From sequence record NC_048054.1: a stretch of DNA of 64,000 bases. The stretch is one strand, 5' to 3'. Below the pieces are notes generated by a model. The model was not told the DNA's origin. It saw only the letters and a program-made list of their open reading frames with translations, and did no database searches. Shown here one piece after another: positions 16,718-25,737 of this stretch. Made by a program: the position numbers and the translations under genes. How positions within the stretch are numbered: position 1 is the first letter of the stretch; every line of letters begins with the position of its first letter.

Positions 16718-18256
16718 ATGTCTTTGATTAAAATCGAAGGCGTTGCATCCACATCTGCTCCAACCAAAGCGCAGAAAGATGCCGCCGTATATCTGTTTGG
16801 CTCTAAGGGTCATTCAATTGTCGCAGTGCTCGACAAATTCAGTCGCGCCAAAGAACTGCGTACTGCTCACCTTGACGGTCTGCTCAAGCTGATGAAAGAA
16901 GGCGAAGATGATGATATCATCAAATTCGGCGCATCTGCTTTGGGCAAGAAAACCATCCAGAACGCCAAAGCGTTTGCTGTTGCGAAAACTCTGGCTGCCT
17001 CTATCAAGGCGCTGAAACTGATTCGCGTTCCGATGAAGTGGATCGATGGTCACTCCGATGTGGCTGCTGCTCGCGCACAGGAAACCAAAGAGATTCGCGC
17101 ACGTCGTACTGCGGGCAACAAACCTGAGAAGCCGATCAAGCTCGACAACCCAGGCGCACCTGAATCAAGTACGGTAGACAGCAAAGGCACAAAAGAACCT
17201 TCCGCTAAAGAAGCGAAAGCATTCGCTGAAAGCCTGACTAAATCTCTGGGTATGGACTTCAAGGTAGTTCGCGGTGACGCTATGGCGGAAGATCCGCTGC
17301 GCTACGAAGCAACAAATCCCGATGACCTGTCGGCCGTAGCCAGTTTTAGTATTACGCCTCCGTTCGACGGCCTCCCAGCAGATATGAAATCTAGCGACAA
17401 ACCTAAGTGGCGAATCGCAATGACGTATCGTGACGGCAAAGTTCGTATTGCAGTTCTCGGCACTACGTTCAATGCTGCGGCCGCCAAACGTGTCATCACT
17501 AAAGAGAATCAGGCGCGTGTTAAGGGTGCAACTAAAACCACGAAAGGCAAAACACCGGCACAGCTTGCTTCGCTTGTTGAGACTAAGACTGCTGCATCCC
17601 TGAGCAAGTTAGGTACCATTGATAAAAATGCCTTCCTCTCAGGTTTTGCTGAAACAGTAGGCAAGAAGCTGGGCAAAGGATATGTCGTTGGTGTAAGTGG
17701 CACTGGTCTTATTTTGCGTCTTGATGACGGCAATCGCGGTCCTCGTGTTTGGTTGAATCTGACCGATGGTGGCTGGACCTTTACTTCTGTTGAAGGTGGT
17801 GCAGGTGACAAACAGGAAGAGTCTTTTGGCAGTAAATTCAAGATCGCTGATCTTGTCAAACGCACCAAAGCATGGCTCAAGTCTCCGAAGTTGAAGGCCG
17901 CAGCTCCTGCCAAAGAAGCATACACACCGTCAGGCAAATCTGATGTGACGCTGGTGGATGAACTGGCAGAAGTGACTGCACGTAAGATCGCTGCGAAGCC
18001 ATTACAAGCGCGTGAGGAATATTTCAATGCGCTGCGTAATACTCTGCATTCTAACCTGCGTAACTCTGTGGTCAACACAACGTCCGACGGTGTTACCGTT
18101 GCGCTTGGCAGCAAGCTGTATACGATCCGCCTGTCAGATAACGCGTGGACTATTCAGACCGGCGCTACTGGCAAGCAGAAGAAAATCGGTGCAACGTTCG
18201 ATATCGTTGACCTGCTGGGTATGATGGACAAGAGCATTCTGCGTCCTATAGCATAA
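16718..18256 (+). CDS. Lys/Ala-rich protein with repeated C-terminal domains; possible virion/internal protein
   Basis: 512 aa; stand-alone unit between terminators; repeats ending ...W(T/R)(I/F)...G..F. Confidence 0.75.
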   Translation: MSLIKIEGVASTSAPTKAQKDAAVYLFGSKGHSIVAVLDKFSRAKELRTAHLDGLLKLMKEGEDDDIIKFGASALGKKTIQNAKAFAVAKTLAASIKALKLIRVPMKWIDGHSDVAAARAQETKEIRARRTAGNKPEKPIKLDNPGAPESSTVDSKGTKEPSAKEAKAFAESLTKSLGMDFKVVRGDAMAEDPLRYEATNPDDLSAVASFSITPPFDGLPADMKSSDKPKWRIAMTYRDGKVRIAVLGTTFNAAAAKRVITKENQARVKGATKTTKGKTPAQLASLVETKTAASLSKLGTIDKNAFLSGFAETVGKKLGKGYVVGVSGTGLILRLDDGNRGPRVWLNLTDGGWTFTSVEGGAGDKQEESFGSKFKIADLVKRTKAWLKSPKLKAAAPAKEAYTPSGKSDVTLVDELAEVTARKIAAKPLQAREEYFNALRNTLHSNLRNSVVNTTSDGVTVALGSKLYTIRLSDNAWTIQTGATGKQKKIGATFDIVDLLGMMDKSILRPIA

Positions 18257-18258
18257 TC

Positions 18259-18287
18259 AAAAGGGGTGGCTTCGGCTGCCCCTTTTT
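18259..18287 (+). terminator. Intrinsic terminator
   Basis: AAAAGGGGTGGC-TTCG-GCTGCCCCTTTTT. Confidence 0.9.
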
Positions 18288-18326
18288 GCGTCTATATGCC
18301 CTCAAATCTGCGAAGTCTGCAAATAA

Positions 18327-18371
18327 TAGGCTGAAATAGCTCTTTATACGCATACGCGCCTATGATACAAT
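18327..18371 (+). promoter_or_regulatory. Conserved promoter cassette copy 1
   Basis: TAGGCTGAAATAGC box; TGATACAAT extended -10 with hexamer 39 nt after box start; stem-loop at 18381-18397. Confidence 0.75.
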
Positions 18372-18426
18372 ATATGCAGACGCTACACGTCGTAGCGCAT
18401 ACAACACTCATGCTAAGGAGCATACA

Positions 18427-19131
18427 ATGAAAGCAGCAGATTTTGACAAAGCATTCAACGCGAAAGACGAAGCAACCTTAACCGCATACGCTGACAAGAT
18501 TGTTGCGGCACTTAACGCTCTCGGTCGCTATGACCTGAAACTTAAAATCATCTTCGGCACCGACCCGTACGGCGAGTGTCCTGATTTTGTGAACGACCCT
18601 AATGGTCTGCGCGTTATTCAGAATGGCGAAGAAATTTTTGATATCTACACGCCGACTGAAAAACAGGTTGAAGGCGATTCGTCAGATGTTTTCGTCTACG
18701 CTTCGATCACTGGCGTTGAGGCCGCGAAGTGGGGCAAAGATGTTTCAGACAATGACATTGCCGAACTTGCCGCTGACCTGAACGAAGAAATCGAACGTGT
18801 CGGCCGCGTGTTCGATGAATCTGATCGTCAGATGCTGCAAAAACTCGCCGACACTTTGAACGCTCGCATGGATCGTACAGATGCGCGGGTGATCGTAACG
18901 AACGGCGCCGAAGACGATCTGATTCTTATGGTTGTCGGCTATGATGTAGAAGAAGATGAAGTCAGTGACGAATACGGCTTCTTCTTATCGCTGCCGTATA
19001 CTGATGTAGAAGGTACCGACGAGAAATACAGTCTGCACTACGCTGGCTACCCTGGCGTGAACGACCACTCATACAGCTCTGCTGACCTCGACGAGATCTC
19101 AGAAGAAATCGAATCCCTCGACCTGATGTAA
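18427..19131 (+). CDS. Hypothetical acidic protein
   Basis: AAGGAG RBS; 234 aa. Confidence 0.85.
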   Translation: MKAADFDKAFNAKDEATLTAYADKIVAALNALGRYDLKLKIIFGTDPYGECPDFVNDPNGLRVIQNGEEIFDIYTPTEKQVEGDSSDVFVYASITGVEAAKWGKDVSDNDIAELAADLNEEIERVGRVFDESDRQMLQKLADTLNARMDRTDARVIVTNGAEDDLILMVVGYDVEEDEVSDEYGFFLSLPYTDVEGTDEKYSLHYAGYPGVNDHSYSSADLDEISEEIESLDLM

Positions 19132-19142
19132 TCTACACAAAA

Positions 19143-19187
19143 CTGGTCAAAAGCGCCATAGCAATGTGGCGCTCATTATCGTATGAT
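19143..19187 (+). promoter_or_regulatory. Conserved promoter cassette copy 2
   Basis: CTGGTCAAAA box; TATGAT at +39; stem-loop AGCGC-AATGAC-GCGCT downstream. Confidence 0.65.
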
Positions 19188-19235
19188 GTAATCTCTAGCG
19201 CAATGACGCGCTCAACACTGAAAGAGGCAATAACA

Positions 19236-19475
19236 ATGGCTGAGAAACAAGTAGTTCTTGATCTGATCGCAGACGTGGCATCACCTACAGAAGTTATCTT
19301 TGAAGATGGTCAATCGTCTAATGAGTGGCTGGCGCCATACGATCTGCGTCTGACCGTGTCGCAGAACGAAGGGCCGAACGGCTACCCCGAAGTGAACATC
19401 ATCGGCGATGAAGACAATCTGAAACGCTTCTTGTCTGAACAAGACCTTGAAGGTTCGGTCGAAGAAGTGAAGTAA
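19236..19475 (+). CDS. Small acidic hypothetical protein
   Basis: GAGG RBS; 79 aa. Confidence 0.8.
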   Translation: MAEKQVVLDLIADVASPTEVIFEDGQSSNEWLAPYDLRLTVSQNEGPNGYPEVNIIGDEDNLKRFLSEQDLEGSVEEVK

Positions 19476-19484
19476 AGTTGTTTG

Positions 19485-19512
19485 AGCGGGGCTTCGGCCT
19501 CGCTTCTTTTTA
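19485..19512 (+). terminator. Intrinsic terminator
   Basis: AGCGGGGC-TTCG-GCCTCGCT plus T-run. Confidence 0.85.
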
Positions 19513-19531
19513 TTCTGCCTGAGATAAAACG

Positions 19532-20035
19532 ATGAAAACATCATACCTGATTATTCGCCTCAACGCCAAAGATATGTATGACCGTGAATTTTTAATGCGC
19601 GGCTTTAACGCAAAACGCATTGAGAAAGTTATCGGCGTTATCGCTATTGTAGGTGAAGGCCTGCTGACCGATGATTCTAAGATGTACCACCTGTCGCGTG
19701 TCGATATCAACCTGCTTGAGTCAGATACTCAACAAAGCTGGGCGCGTTTTAACTGGTCATGTATTGACGACAACCTCATTGATTCTGGTATGCGCCGTTT
19801 GCCGACTGAGTTGCGCGATAGAATTACGGCGATGCGCACTAATCGCATTTATTGCGAAGTCGATACGGCTATACCAGAAGCGTTTCGTGATTGCCATACT
19901 AAGTTTGTGTATAAGTCACGCCCCGCACGTCTGTCGGTCAGTGACGAGAAAACAGGTACGCTCGACGAGTTCACTGTAGAAGAAATCGTAGCTAACCTGA
20001 AGACGCGCATTAAAGGCGTCACCATCGCTTTCTAA
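19532..20035 (+). CDS. Hypothetical protein
   Basis: 167-aa ORF. Confidence 0.75.
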   Translation: MKTSYLIIRLNAKDMYDREFLMRGFNAKRIEKVIGVIAIVGEGLLTDDSKMYHLSRVDINLLESDTQQSWARFNWSCIDDNLIDSGMRRLPTELRDRITAMRTNRIYCEVDTAIPEAFRDCHTKFVYKSRPARLSVSDEKTGTLDEFTVEEIVANLKTRIKGVTIAF

Positions 20036-20097
20036 TCATCGTTTGACTGTGGCGTTACGGCGCCACTTACTTCACAATCTAATCGAGAGAACATGCC

Positions 20098-20712
20098 ATG
20101 AATCTTATCAAAACTTTCTTCGCCAAACGCTCTTACGCTTCTCTGGCTGCTGGTAACTTCTCAATTGACGCCAAGCATGTACAGGAGCTGGTCGAATGTG
20201 AGTGCATGATCGTACACGTTGACACTGGCCATCGTAATGCGTTCGCGTTAAAGAACATCTCTATCACACCTATCGACGAGCACAACGTTCGCATTACGTT
20301 CGATCCGCTGACCGACGCACACGCAATGCCTGTGACTGTCATGCCGAAAGATTTGAAAGGCAGCATTGATGTGTACGACATGTACGTAGAAGACCTGAAA
20401 GACGTACCGCGTTTCAACGTATCAAGTGACGCGTCAGGCAACAACCCAAACATTCTGTCGCTTGACCTTGAGAGTCGCCAGCGTTTCGTTCAATACTTCG
20501 GTGGTATGTGTACGCTGACTGACCTGTGCCTGACGCTGCACGACAAAGGCATTCACGTTGTCGATATTCACCATAACGTGAAGCAGCACGATCACGGCGT
20601 TGGCGTTTTCACTCAGCGCTACCGCACGGCATTCGAACTGAACAAAGACAACGGCATCAAACGCCACAACGATGACTTCCCTGTTCTGGCGCGCATGACC
20701 GTATTAATGTAA
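20098..20712 (+). CDS. Hypothetical protein
   Basis: 204-aa ORF with GAGA RBS. Confidence 0.8.
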   Translation: MNLIKTFFAKRSYASLAAGNFSIDAKHVQELVECECMIVHVDTGHRNAFALKNISITPIDEHNVRITFDPLTDAHAMPVTVMPKDLKGSIDVYDMYVEDLKDVPRFNVSSDASGNNPNILSLDLESRQRFVQYFGGMCTLTDLCLTLHDKGIHVVDIHHNVKQHDHGVGVFTQRYRTAFELNKDNGIKRHNDDFPVLARMTVLM

Positions 20713-20721
20713 ACACACATT

Positions 20722-20746
20722 GCCTCGCATTGAGCGGGGCTTTTCT
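20722..20746 (+). terminator. Intrinsic terminator
   Basis: GCCTCGC-ATTGA-GCGGGGC-TTTTCT. Confidence 0.75.
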
Positions 20747-20760
20747 ATTTGGAGAATGCT

Positions 20761-21021
20761 ATGATTTACGAACGCGAAGAACTCGAAGACATGCCTCTCG
20801 ATGTGCTTTATCATCTGGCGAGCGCCAAAGGTCTTCTGGACGATCTGGACGATGATGACGATGCGCCTGATCGTGAAGTGCTGGTGGGCATGATTCTGGA
20901 CGCCCAGAATGAAGACGAACAGGCAGAGCAAGATGCTGCCGACAAACAACGCGCCGAAGATGATCGCGACCCACGTATCAATCGTCGTGATGGTCAAGAC
21001 GGCTCGGACGACTACTGCTAA
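20761..21021 (+). CDS. Small acidic protein with Rho-N/HeH-like module
   Basis: EELEDMPLDVLYHLASAKGL...REVLVGMILDAQ; GGAG RBS. Confidence 0.65.
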   Translation: MIYEREELEDMPLDVLYHLASAKGLLDDLDDDDDAPDREVLVGMILDAQNEDEQAEQDAADKQRAEDDRDPRINRRDGQDGSDDYC

Positions 21022-21024
21022 CAC

Positions 21025-21053
21025 AAGGGCTGCCATTGCTGGTGGCCCTTTTT
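21025..21053 (+). terminator. Intrinsic terminator
   Basis: AAGGGCTGCCA-TTGC-TGGTGGCCCTT plus TTT. Confidence 0.8.
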
Positions 21054-21058
21054 CATTT

Positions 21059-21067
21059 CTGTAAATA
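21059..21067 (+). promoter_or_regulatory. CTGTAAATA motif
   Basis: Directly after a terminator, 33 nt before ATG 21100. Confidence 0.55.
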
Positions 21068-21099
21068 TCTCGTACACAAACAACAATGCGAGATATACA

Positions 21100-21468
21100 A
21101 TGCGCCGCTTCGTTATCGTCTTCAACGTCAGTCAGGCAGAGCTTGATGACCGCCGCTTCTTTCAGTCTAAGTTCAATATCGTTTCGTCACTGCGCCGCGC
21201 TCGCTGCGTCTTCCTCGTCGTTCGTGAAACCAAACAGGTGCTGTGTGTTTCAGAACTGACCTATCAACCGAGCGTCGAGCCTGGCATTCGTCAGGTAGAC
21301 TTCGATGCGCCGCGTGACGTAACAGCATACGTGCTGCCTTTCGCAGAACTCACCACAGCGATGATCAATAACTCGCAAGACCCGAGCATTCGTTACTTCG
21401 GCCGCAGCCTTGATATGGATATGGACCAGGCCAAACGCTTTCACACTCAACTGGAGATTGTCCCATGA
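21100..21468 (+). CDS. Hypothetical protein
   Basis: 122-aa ORF. Confidence 0.75.
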   Translation: MRRFVIVFNVSQAELDDRRFFQSKFNIVSSLRRARCVFLVVRETKQVLCVSELTYQPSVEPGIRQVDFDAPRDVTAYVLPFAELTTAMINNSQDPSIRYFGRSLDMDMDQAKRFHTQLEIVP

Positions 21469-21710
21469 GTCAGACACTAGGCGCCTCGCTTGGCGCTCGC
21501 TTCGCTGTTACTTCTCAGGCCAACATTGAGAAGCGTAAGAAGCGCGATCCCAAAAACAGAACGCTGAGTTGTGCCGCTACCTCAGCGCAGCATGATGCTG
21601 TTGGTATACTGGCGAATAAACTCAACGTGTCTCGCTCTCGTGCAGTAGAGATCGCAGTTGAAGAACTGTTGGCTAAGCATGGCGTTAAGGTGCAGACCGA
21701 CAATGAGTGA
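21465..21710 (+). CDS. Ribbon-helix-helix (CopG-like) DNA-binding protein
   Basis: RTLSCA...HDAVGILANKLNVSRSRAVEIAVEELL. Confidence 0.7.
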   Translation: MSQTLGASLGARFAVTSQANIEKRKKRDPKNRTLSCAATSAQHDAVGILANKLNVSRSRAVEIAVEELLAKHGVKVQTDNE

Positions 21711-22065
21711 CACGCACATCTACTGCAAGCTGTATGGCGTCCAGCACCGCTTAAAGATCACGGCGTTCAACTTCATGAAGCAGCCGAACATGATCACGGT
21801 TGATTCGTCTGACGTGCTCAAGATGCTGCCGCTGATTAATGTCGGTGCAGCATACGATACGTACACGCCGTACAACGTACTCAAAGCTGGACGTGCTGAC
21901 TTCAAAATCAAATTGATCGAGCGCACTGATGCGAACGTCTGGCGCTATGAGTTCGAAGACTATCGTGGTCAACGCTTCGAAACGTACCTGATACGGAGAC
22001 ACTATGAAACGCCTCGGGATTGTAACGGTGTTGTCATTAAAGGACAAACAACCCAAATCATGTGA
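21703..22065 (+). CDS. Hypothetical protein
   Basis: ATG 21703 overlapping the previous stop. Confidence 0.7.
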   Translation: MSDTHIYCKLYGVQHRLKITAFNFMKQPNMITVDSSDVLKMLPLINVGAAYDTYTPYNVLKAGRADFKIKLIERTDANVWRYEFEDYRGQRFETYLIRRHYETPRDCNGVVIKGQTTQIM

Positions 22066-22639
22066 CCTCGATATCACGCCTGTATCGAAAGACGAAGAAT
22101 GGGGCTCGCTGAGTCCCTTTCATTTAGGTCCGTGCAGAACGCCAGATGGCGTCATGTTTCACAACATGGAAAACTTGTGGCAGTACAGCAAGGTCTATGA
22201 AGAACATCTCGTCAATTCGAACGATCTATTTCACGGCGAGATTGCTGCCGACTGGTGGGCGTGGCATTTGAAAGGCAGTATGACAAAACAGGCGCATCGC
22301 TATCCTATGGGAAAAGGCCAAAAGGCTCTGTTCTCTAAATGGGGCGACTTGCGCCTTTCTTACGTTGCCGCACGAAAACAGATCTATGTGCCTGAGTACG
22401 CAAAGCTGGTGGTGCAGCAAAAGATGTTCAAACGTTTACTCAAGGAGTATAAGAAAGGCGCTCACATAGTTTTGCGCGACTATGACACCTACGATATCCA
22501 GAAGGCATATCCAGACGCACGTAGTCCCTGGATATCTGCCATTCAAAACAACAATGCTAAATTCGGACATGCGTTCGTTATTGCATTGGCCTTGCTCTTC
22601 CACGAACGACCACTATGGTACAACCAATGGGTGATATGA
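22004..22639 (+). CDS. Divergent NADAR-like / DUF6939-like protein
   Basis: LSPFHLGP...DG..FHNMENLWQYSKV resembles the NADAR SNF...DG..F.T.EH..QA.K motif; GGAG RBS. Confidence 0.45.
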   Translation: MKRLGIVTVLSLKDKQPKSCDLDITPVSKDEEWGSLSPFHLGPCRTPDGVMFHNMENLWQYSKVYEEHLVNSNDLFHGEIAADWWAWHLKGSMTKQAHRYPMGKGQKALFSKWGDLRLSYVAARKQIYVPEYAKLVVQQKMFKRLLKEYKKGAHIVLRDYDTYDIQKAYPDARSPWISAIQNNNAKFGHAFVIALALLFHERPLWYNQWVI

Positions 22640-22944
22640 AATACGAAGCCTGCATTGATCTGTTCGAGCGTCAAGGTAACATGAACCTGCCTGTGCTTCC
22701 TAAATGCGAGCTACAGGCGACTCTATTTGATCGGTACACGAAGACGCGAATACCTGTTCGCTTCAACGCCACAAACGTGATCAAAGTTAAAGGCGTTACT
22801 TGTGGTAGTTTGCAGATCTTTGATAGCGTTAACCTTATTATCTGGTCATCGTTCGATATTGGTCGCTTTACTTTATATATCGAACGGGTACGCAAAACAG
22901 ACGAGCGCACAGAAGCCCTACAATCAGATGAACTCTGCAAATAA
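22636..22944 (+). CDS. Hypothetical protein
   Basis: ATGA coupling; 102 aa. Confidence 0.7.
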   Translation: MKYEACIDLFERQGNMNLPVLPKCELQATLFDRYTKTRIPVRFNATNVIKVKGVTCGSLQIFDSVNLIIWSSFDIGRFTLYIERVRKTDERTEALQSDELCK

Positions 22945-22989
22945 CTGGTCAAAATAGCCATTCTTTTTAGTACCAGTCTATGATATAAT
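22945..22989 (+). promoter_or_regulatory. Conserved promoter cassette copy 3
   Basis: CTGGTCAAAATAGC; TGATATAAT with hexamer at +39; GAGC-GCTATT-GCTC hairpin. Confidence 0.8.
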
Positions 22990-23036
22990 AAAAGCGAGCG
23001 CTATTGCTCAAAACAACACAAGCTGAGGAGCTTAAC

Positions 23037-23354
23037 ATGTCATCTTCTACTACTCTGACTTTCATCTTCCCAGAACTGACCTCTCTGGAAGTTTCTATCG
23101 GTAACGGCGTTGTCCCCCACTATCTGGGAATTGCCGAGAACATGGACAAGACGTTTAGCGATGTTAAGGCGCTGCGTTTGATGCAAGACTCGAACGTCGT
23201 AGGCGTTATGAGCCGCTTCGATCAGTCATTGCTTAATATGCTGATCGCTCGCCACGAAACGCACGAACATATTCGTTGTCGTGACGCCATTGAGAACGGC
23301 ACCGAGCATTTCCCATCTACCTGTCTCTACCTGAAGGTAGCGCACCACCGCTAA
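23037..23354 (+). CDS. Hypothetical protein
   Basis: GAGGAG RBS. Confidence 0.8.
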   Translation: MSSSTTLTFIFPELTSLEVSIGNGVVPHYLGIAENMDKTFSDVKALRLMQDSNVVGVMSRFDQSLLNMLIARHETHEHIRCRDAIENGTEHFPSTCLYLKVAHHR

Positions 23355-23418
23355 GATTTGTGAAGGGCCTTCGACGAGGGTCCTTTGAAAATCAAACCAT
23401 GTTCTGAGGAGAACAACA

Positions 23419-23772
23419 ATGCCAGCAACTGAATTGCCTATCGACGCTCGCGCTTTTGATGACCTGAGCAATAGCAACTTCCTGCAGGTCTGCAATGCAA
23501 TCTCTTTCTGTGTGTCTCGTGGTGACCTTGAGTTTCGTCATCATATCAAAGGCCGTCACATTGACGTTGCATACCGAGCTGGTGGCCATAACACTTTCGG
23601 TATTAGCACCATCCGCATCCTGATGCCGTCAGAAGTTCTGCGTGAAGATATCGTAGAAGACTTCGAAATCATTCACGGCGATGCAGTCATTCAGATTGAA
23701 CGCCAGAAAGATTCGTTCTCGACGTTGCAGCGTATCGCTGGCGCAGTCGAAGCGTGTATGCCTAAAAAGTGA
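23419..23772 (+). CDS. Hypothetical protein
   Basis: GAGGAG RBS; 117 aa. Confidence 0.8.
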   Translation: MPATELPIDARAFDDLSNSNFLQVCNAISFCVSRGDLEFRHHIKGRHIDVAYRAGGHNTFGISTIRILMPSEVLREDIVEDFEIIHGDAVIQIERQKDSFSTLQRIAGAVEACMPKK

Positions 23773-23837
23773 TTGTTGCTCGCAGGTTCTTACGAGAGCC
23801 TGCTGTCAACATAACCCCATAAGCTGAGGAGCTTAAC

Positions 23838-24242
23838 ATGAAACAATATCCACAACGTGGTCAAGTATACACGCTGAAAGAAATCGAGAACGACCTCGAA
23901 CTGCGTGACAGCCCGTTCCTGCGTTTCGTCCCGCAGAAAGTGCGTTACATCGGGATGCCTGCCGGTGTGCAGGTTATCCAGCAATCTCATATTGCTAACC
24001 TGTCTGAACTCGAAGGCTGGGCAGACACTAAGTGGTCCTTCGTTCGTGAGACCGACGAGTGGATTCCACTTTTCCGCGCTGTGGACGATGCTGAGATCGA
24101 AGCGCTGTGTGTCATTGAGCCTGACGTGTCCGAGTTCCGCTCTGACAACACGTTGTTCGTTTACCCTAAAGGTACTGAGTGCAAACAGTATGACGGGTAT
24201 GACGAAGAAATTCACGGTGAACTGCTGGAACGTGACGAATAG
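23838..24242 (+). CDS. Hypothetical protein
   Basis: GAGGAG RBS; 134 aa. Confidence 0.8.
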   Translation: MKQYPQRGQVYTLKEIENDLELRDSPFLRFVPQKVRYIGMPAGVQVIQQSHIANLSELEGWADTKWSFVRETDEWIPLFRAVDDAEIEALCVIEPDVSEFRSDNTLFVYPKGTECKQYDGYDEEIHGELLERDE

Positions 24243-24246
24243 TAAA

Positions 24247-24281
24247 CAAGGGATGCCCGCATTGGTGGGTGTCCCATTTTG
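24247..24281 (+). terminator. Probable intrinsic terminator
   Basis: GGGATGCCCGC-ATTG-GTGGGTGTCCC then ATTTT. Confidence 0.7.
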
Positions 24282-24299
24282 CATTCAAGGACTAATCCT

Positions 24300-24752
24300 A
24301 TGGAAATGTTTGATCGCTCAAACGTGATTAAAGCAATCATGCGTAACCTGAAAGATGCGCGGAGAATAGAAGACATACGCACGTTCGACGACAAGGTATA
24401 CTTCAAAGTTAACGGCGTAGGCTACTTTGTCACTGGTAACTATCCTAATCTGAAAGTTGTATCTCGCGGTCAGTATGACCAAGAGATGATGAACCAACTC
24501 AACTATGTTTATAGGCGCAAGAAGGGTGTAGAAGAAGATACGCCAATGCGCATAGCACGTACCACTCGCAATCTTACGCTTACGCAGATAGCAAAAGAGC
24601 TTGGTATGGACCCAGGCAATCTGAGTCGAATCGAACGAGGTATGCAGATACCTTCTATGGAACTGGCGGAACGTATCGCCGCGTATTTCGATAACACAAT
24701 AACAGCAATTCAAATTTGTCATCCGACTTATAAGGGGAATCCAAATGCTTGA
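24300..24752 (+). CDS. XRE-family HTH protein with an extra N-terminal domain
   Basis: MRIARTTRNLTLTQIAKELGMDPGNLSRIERGMQIPSMELAERIAAYF. Confidence 0.85.
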   Translation: MEMFDRSNVIKAIMRNLKDARRIEDIRTFDDKVYFKVNGVGYFVTGNYPNLKVVSRGQYDQEMMNQLNYVYRRKKGVEEDTPMRIARTTRNLTLTQIAKELGMDPGNLSRIERGMQIPSMELAERIAAYFDNTITAIQICHPTYKGNPNA

Positions 24753-25284
24753 CCAAATCACTCACATCGTCCAAGTGATGATGACCAGCCTGAAAGACGT
24801 TCGTGAAGTAGAGCAGGTTAACTTCATTGGCAATCAGGCAGTACGCTTCCGTGTCAAAGGCAAAGTCTTTGACGTGCGTGGCCACTACCCACTGTTTTCT
24901 GTTCATGAAATTGAAGGCGCTTGCATGTCTGGTTCGAAAGCTGCCTATGAAATCGAACGCCAGATGAATGGAGGCCCGATTGAAAGCCAGGACAGCGAAG
25001 ACTTCGCGCATGACTCGCACGAAGAAGCTGTGAACGACCTGCTGTGCAATCACGTTGATAGTATGTGTGAAGAACGTGTACGCGCATACAATGAAGAATG
25101 CGGCGGTCCTGATTTAGACCCAATCAATGCGCAACGCGTTTGGTTGAAAGCGCACTTCATTCATATCAGCGCGGAAATTCCAAGCATGTTGGAAACCGTA
25201 ATGTTTATGGAAGGCAAAGAGCGTTACGAGCAACTGCGTAAAGCAATCAAAGAGATTTACTCACCTAAACCAAAAGTAGCCTAA
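24745..25284 (+). CDS. Hypothetical protein sharing its N-terminal domain with the XRE protein
   Basis: LKD.R.(I/V)E...F...V.F.V.G....V.G.YP in both. Confidence 0.75.
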   Translation: MLDQITHIVQVMMTSLKDVREVEQVNFIGNQAVRFRVKGKVFDVRGHYPLFSVHEIEGACMSGSKAAYEIERQMNGGPIESQDSEDFAHDSHEEAVNDLLCNHVDSMCEERVRAYNEECGGPDLDPINAQRVWLKAHFIHISAEIPSMLETVMFMEGKERYEQLRKAIKEIYSPKPKVA

Positions 25285-25296
25285 GAGGAAATAGAA

Positions 25297-25737
25297 ATGA
25301 GCGAAATAGATATTCTGATCCGTGAGTTCGAACGGGCGTATCTCAAGTCACTGTCGTCGCCTTGGGGAAACGTTGCGTATCACGTTCACGACCTTCACCC
25401 TGAGATGAAGAACTTCCGAGTGTACTTGCGTTTTCGCACCCAGTTCCAGTGTCTCTGGAATCGCCCTGTGTTAGTGCTGTCAACTATCGACGTGACTAAC
25501 CCAGGCCAAGGCGAGTTCTCGAAGTTACTCGCACGTACCAAAGAGATGTGTCGGCAACGTGACTGGATTCTCCAGATCGAAAACGTTATAACGCCGAAGT
25601 TCAGAAAGTTTCTACAGCGTGGTGGATTCAAGCCGTTTGGTATTGACGCCGAAGTACCGTTCGGCAGTCTCTACTGGTTCCACGACGAAACAATCCCAAC
25701 GCAGTGTGCAATGTACCGACAGGAGCGTTCACTATGA
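25297..25737 (+). CDS. GNAT-like acetyltransferase
   Basis: LVLSTIDVTNPGQGEFSKLL (motif A-like) and IENV...FLQRGGF. Confidence 0.55.
   Translation: MSEIDILIREFERAYLKSLSSPWGNVAYHVHDLHPEMKNFRVYLRFRTQFQCLWNRPVLVLSTIDVTNPGQGEFSKLLARTKEMCRQRDWILQIENVITPKFRKFLQRGGFKPFGIDAEVPFGSLYWFHDETIPTQCAMYRQERSL

Larger units (their letters stand above)
23020..23840 (+). repeat. Identical 20-bp translation-initiation region AAGCTGAGGAGCTTAACATG at 23020-23039 and 23821-23840
   Basis: Exact match in front of two unrelated ORFs. Confidence 0.8.
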
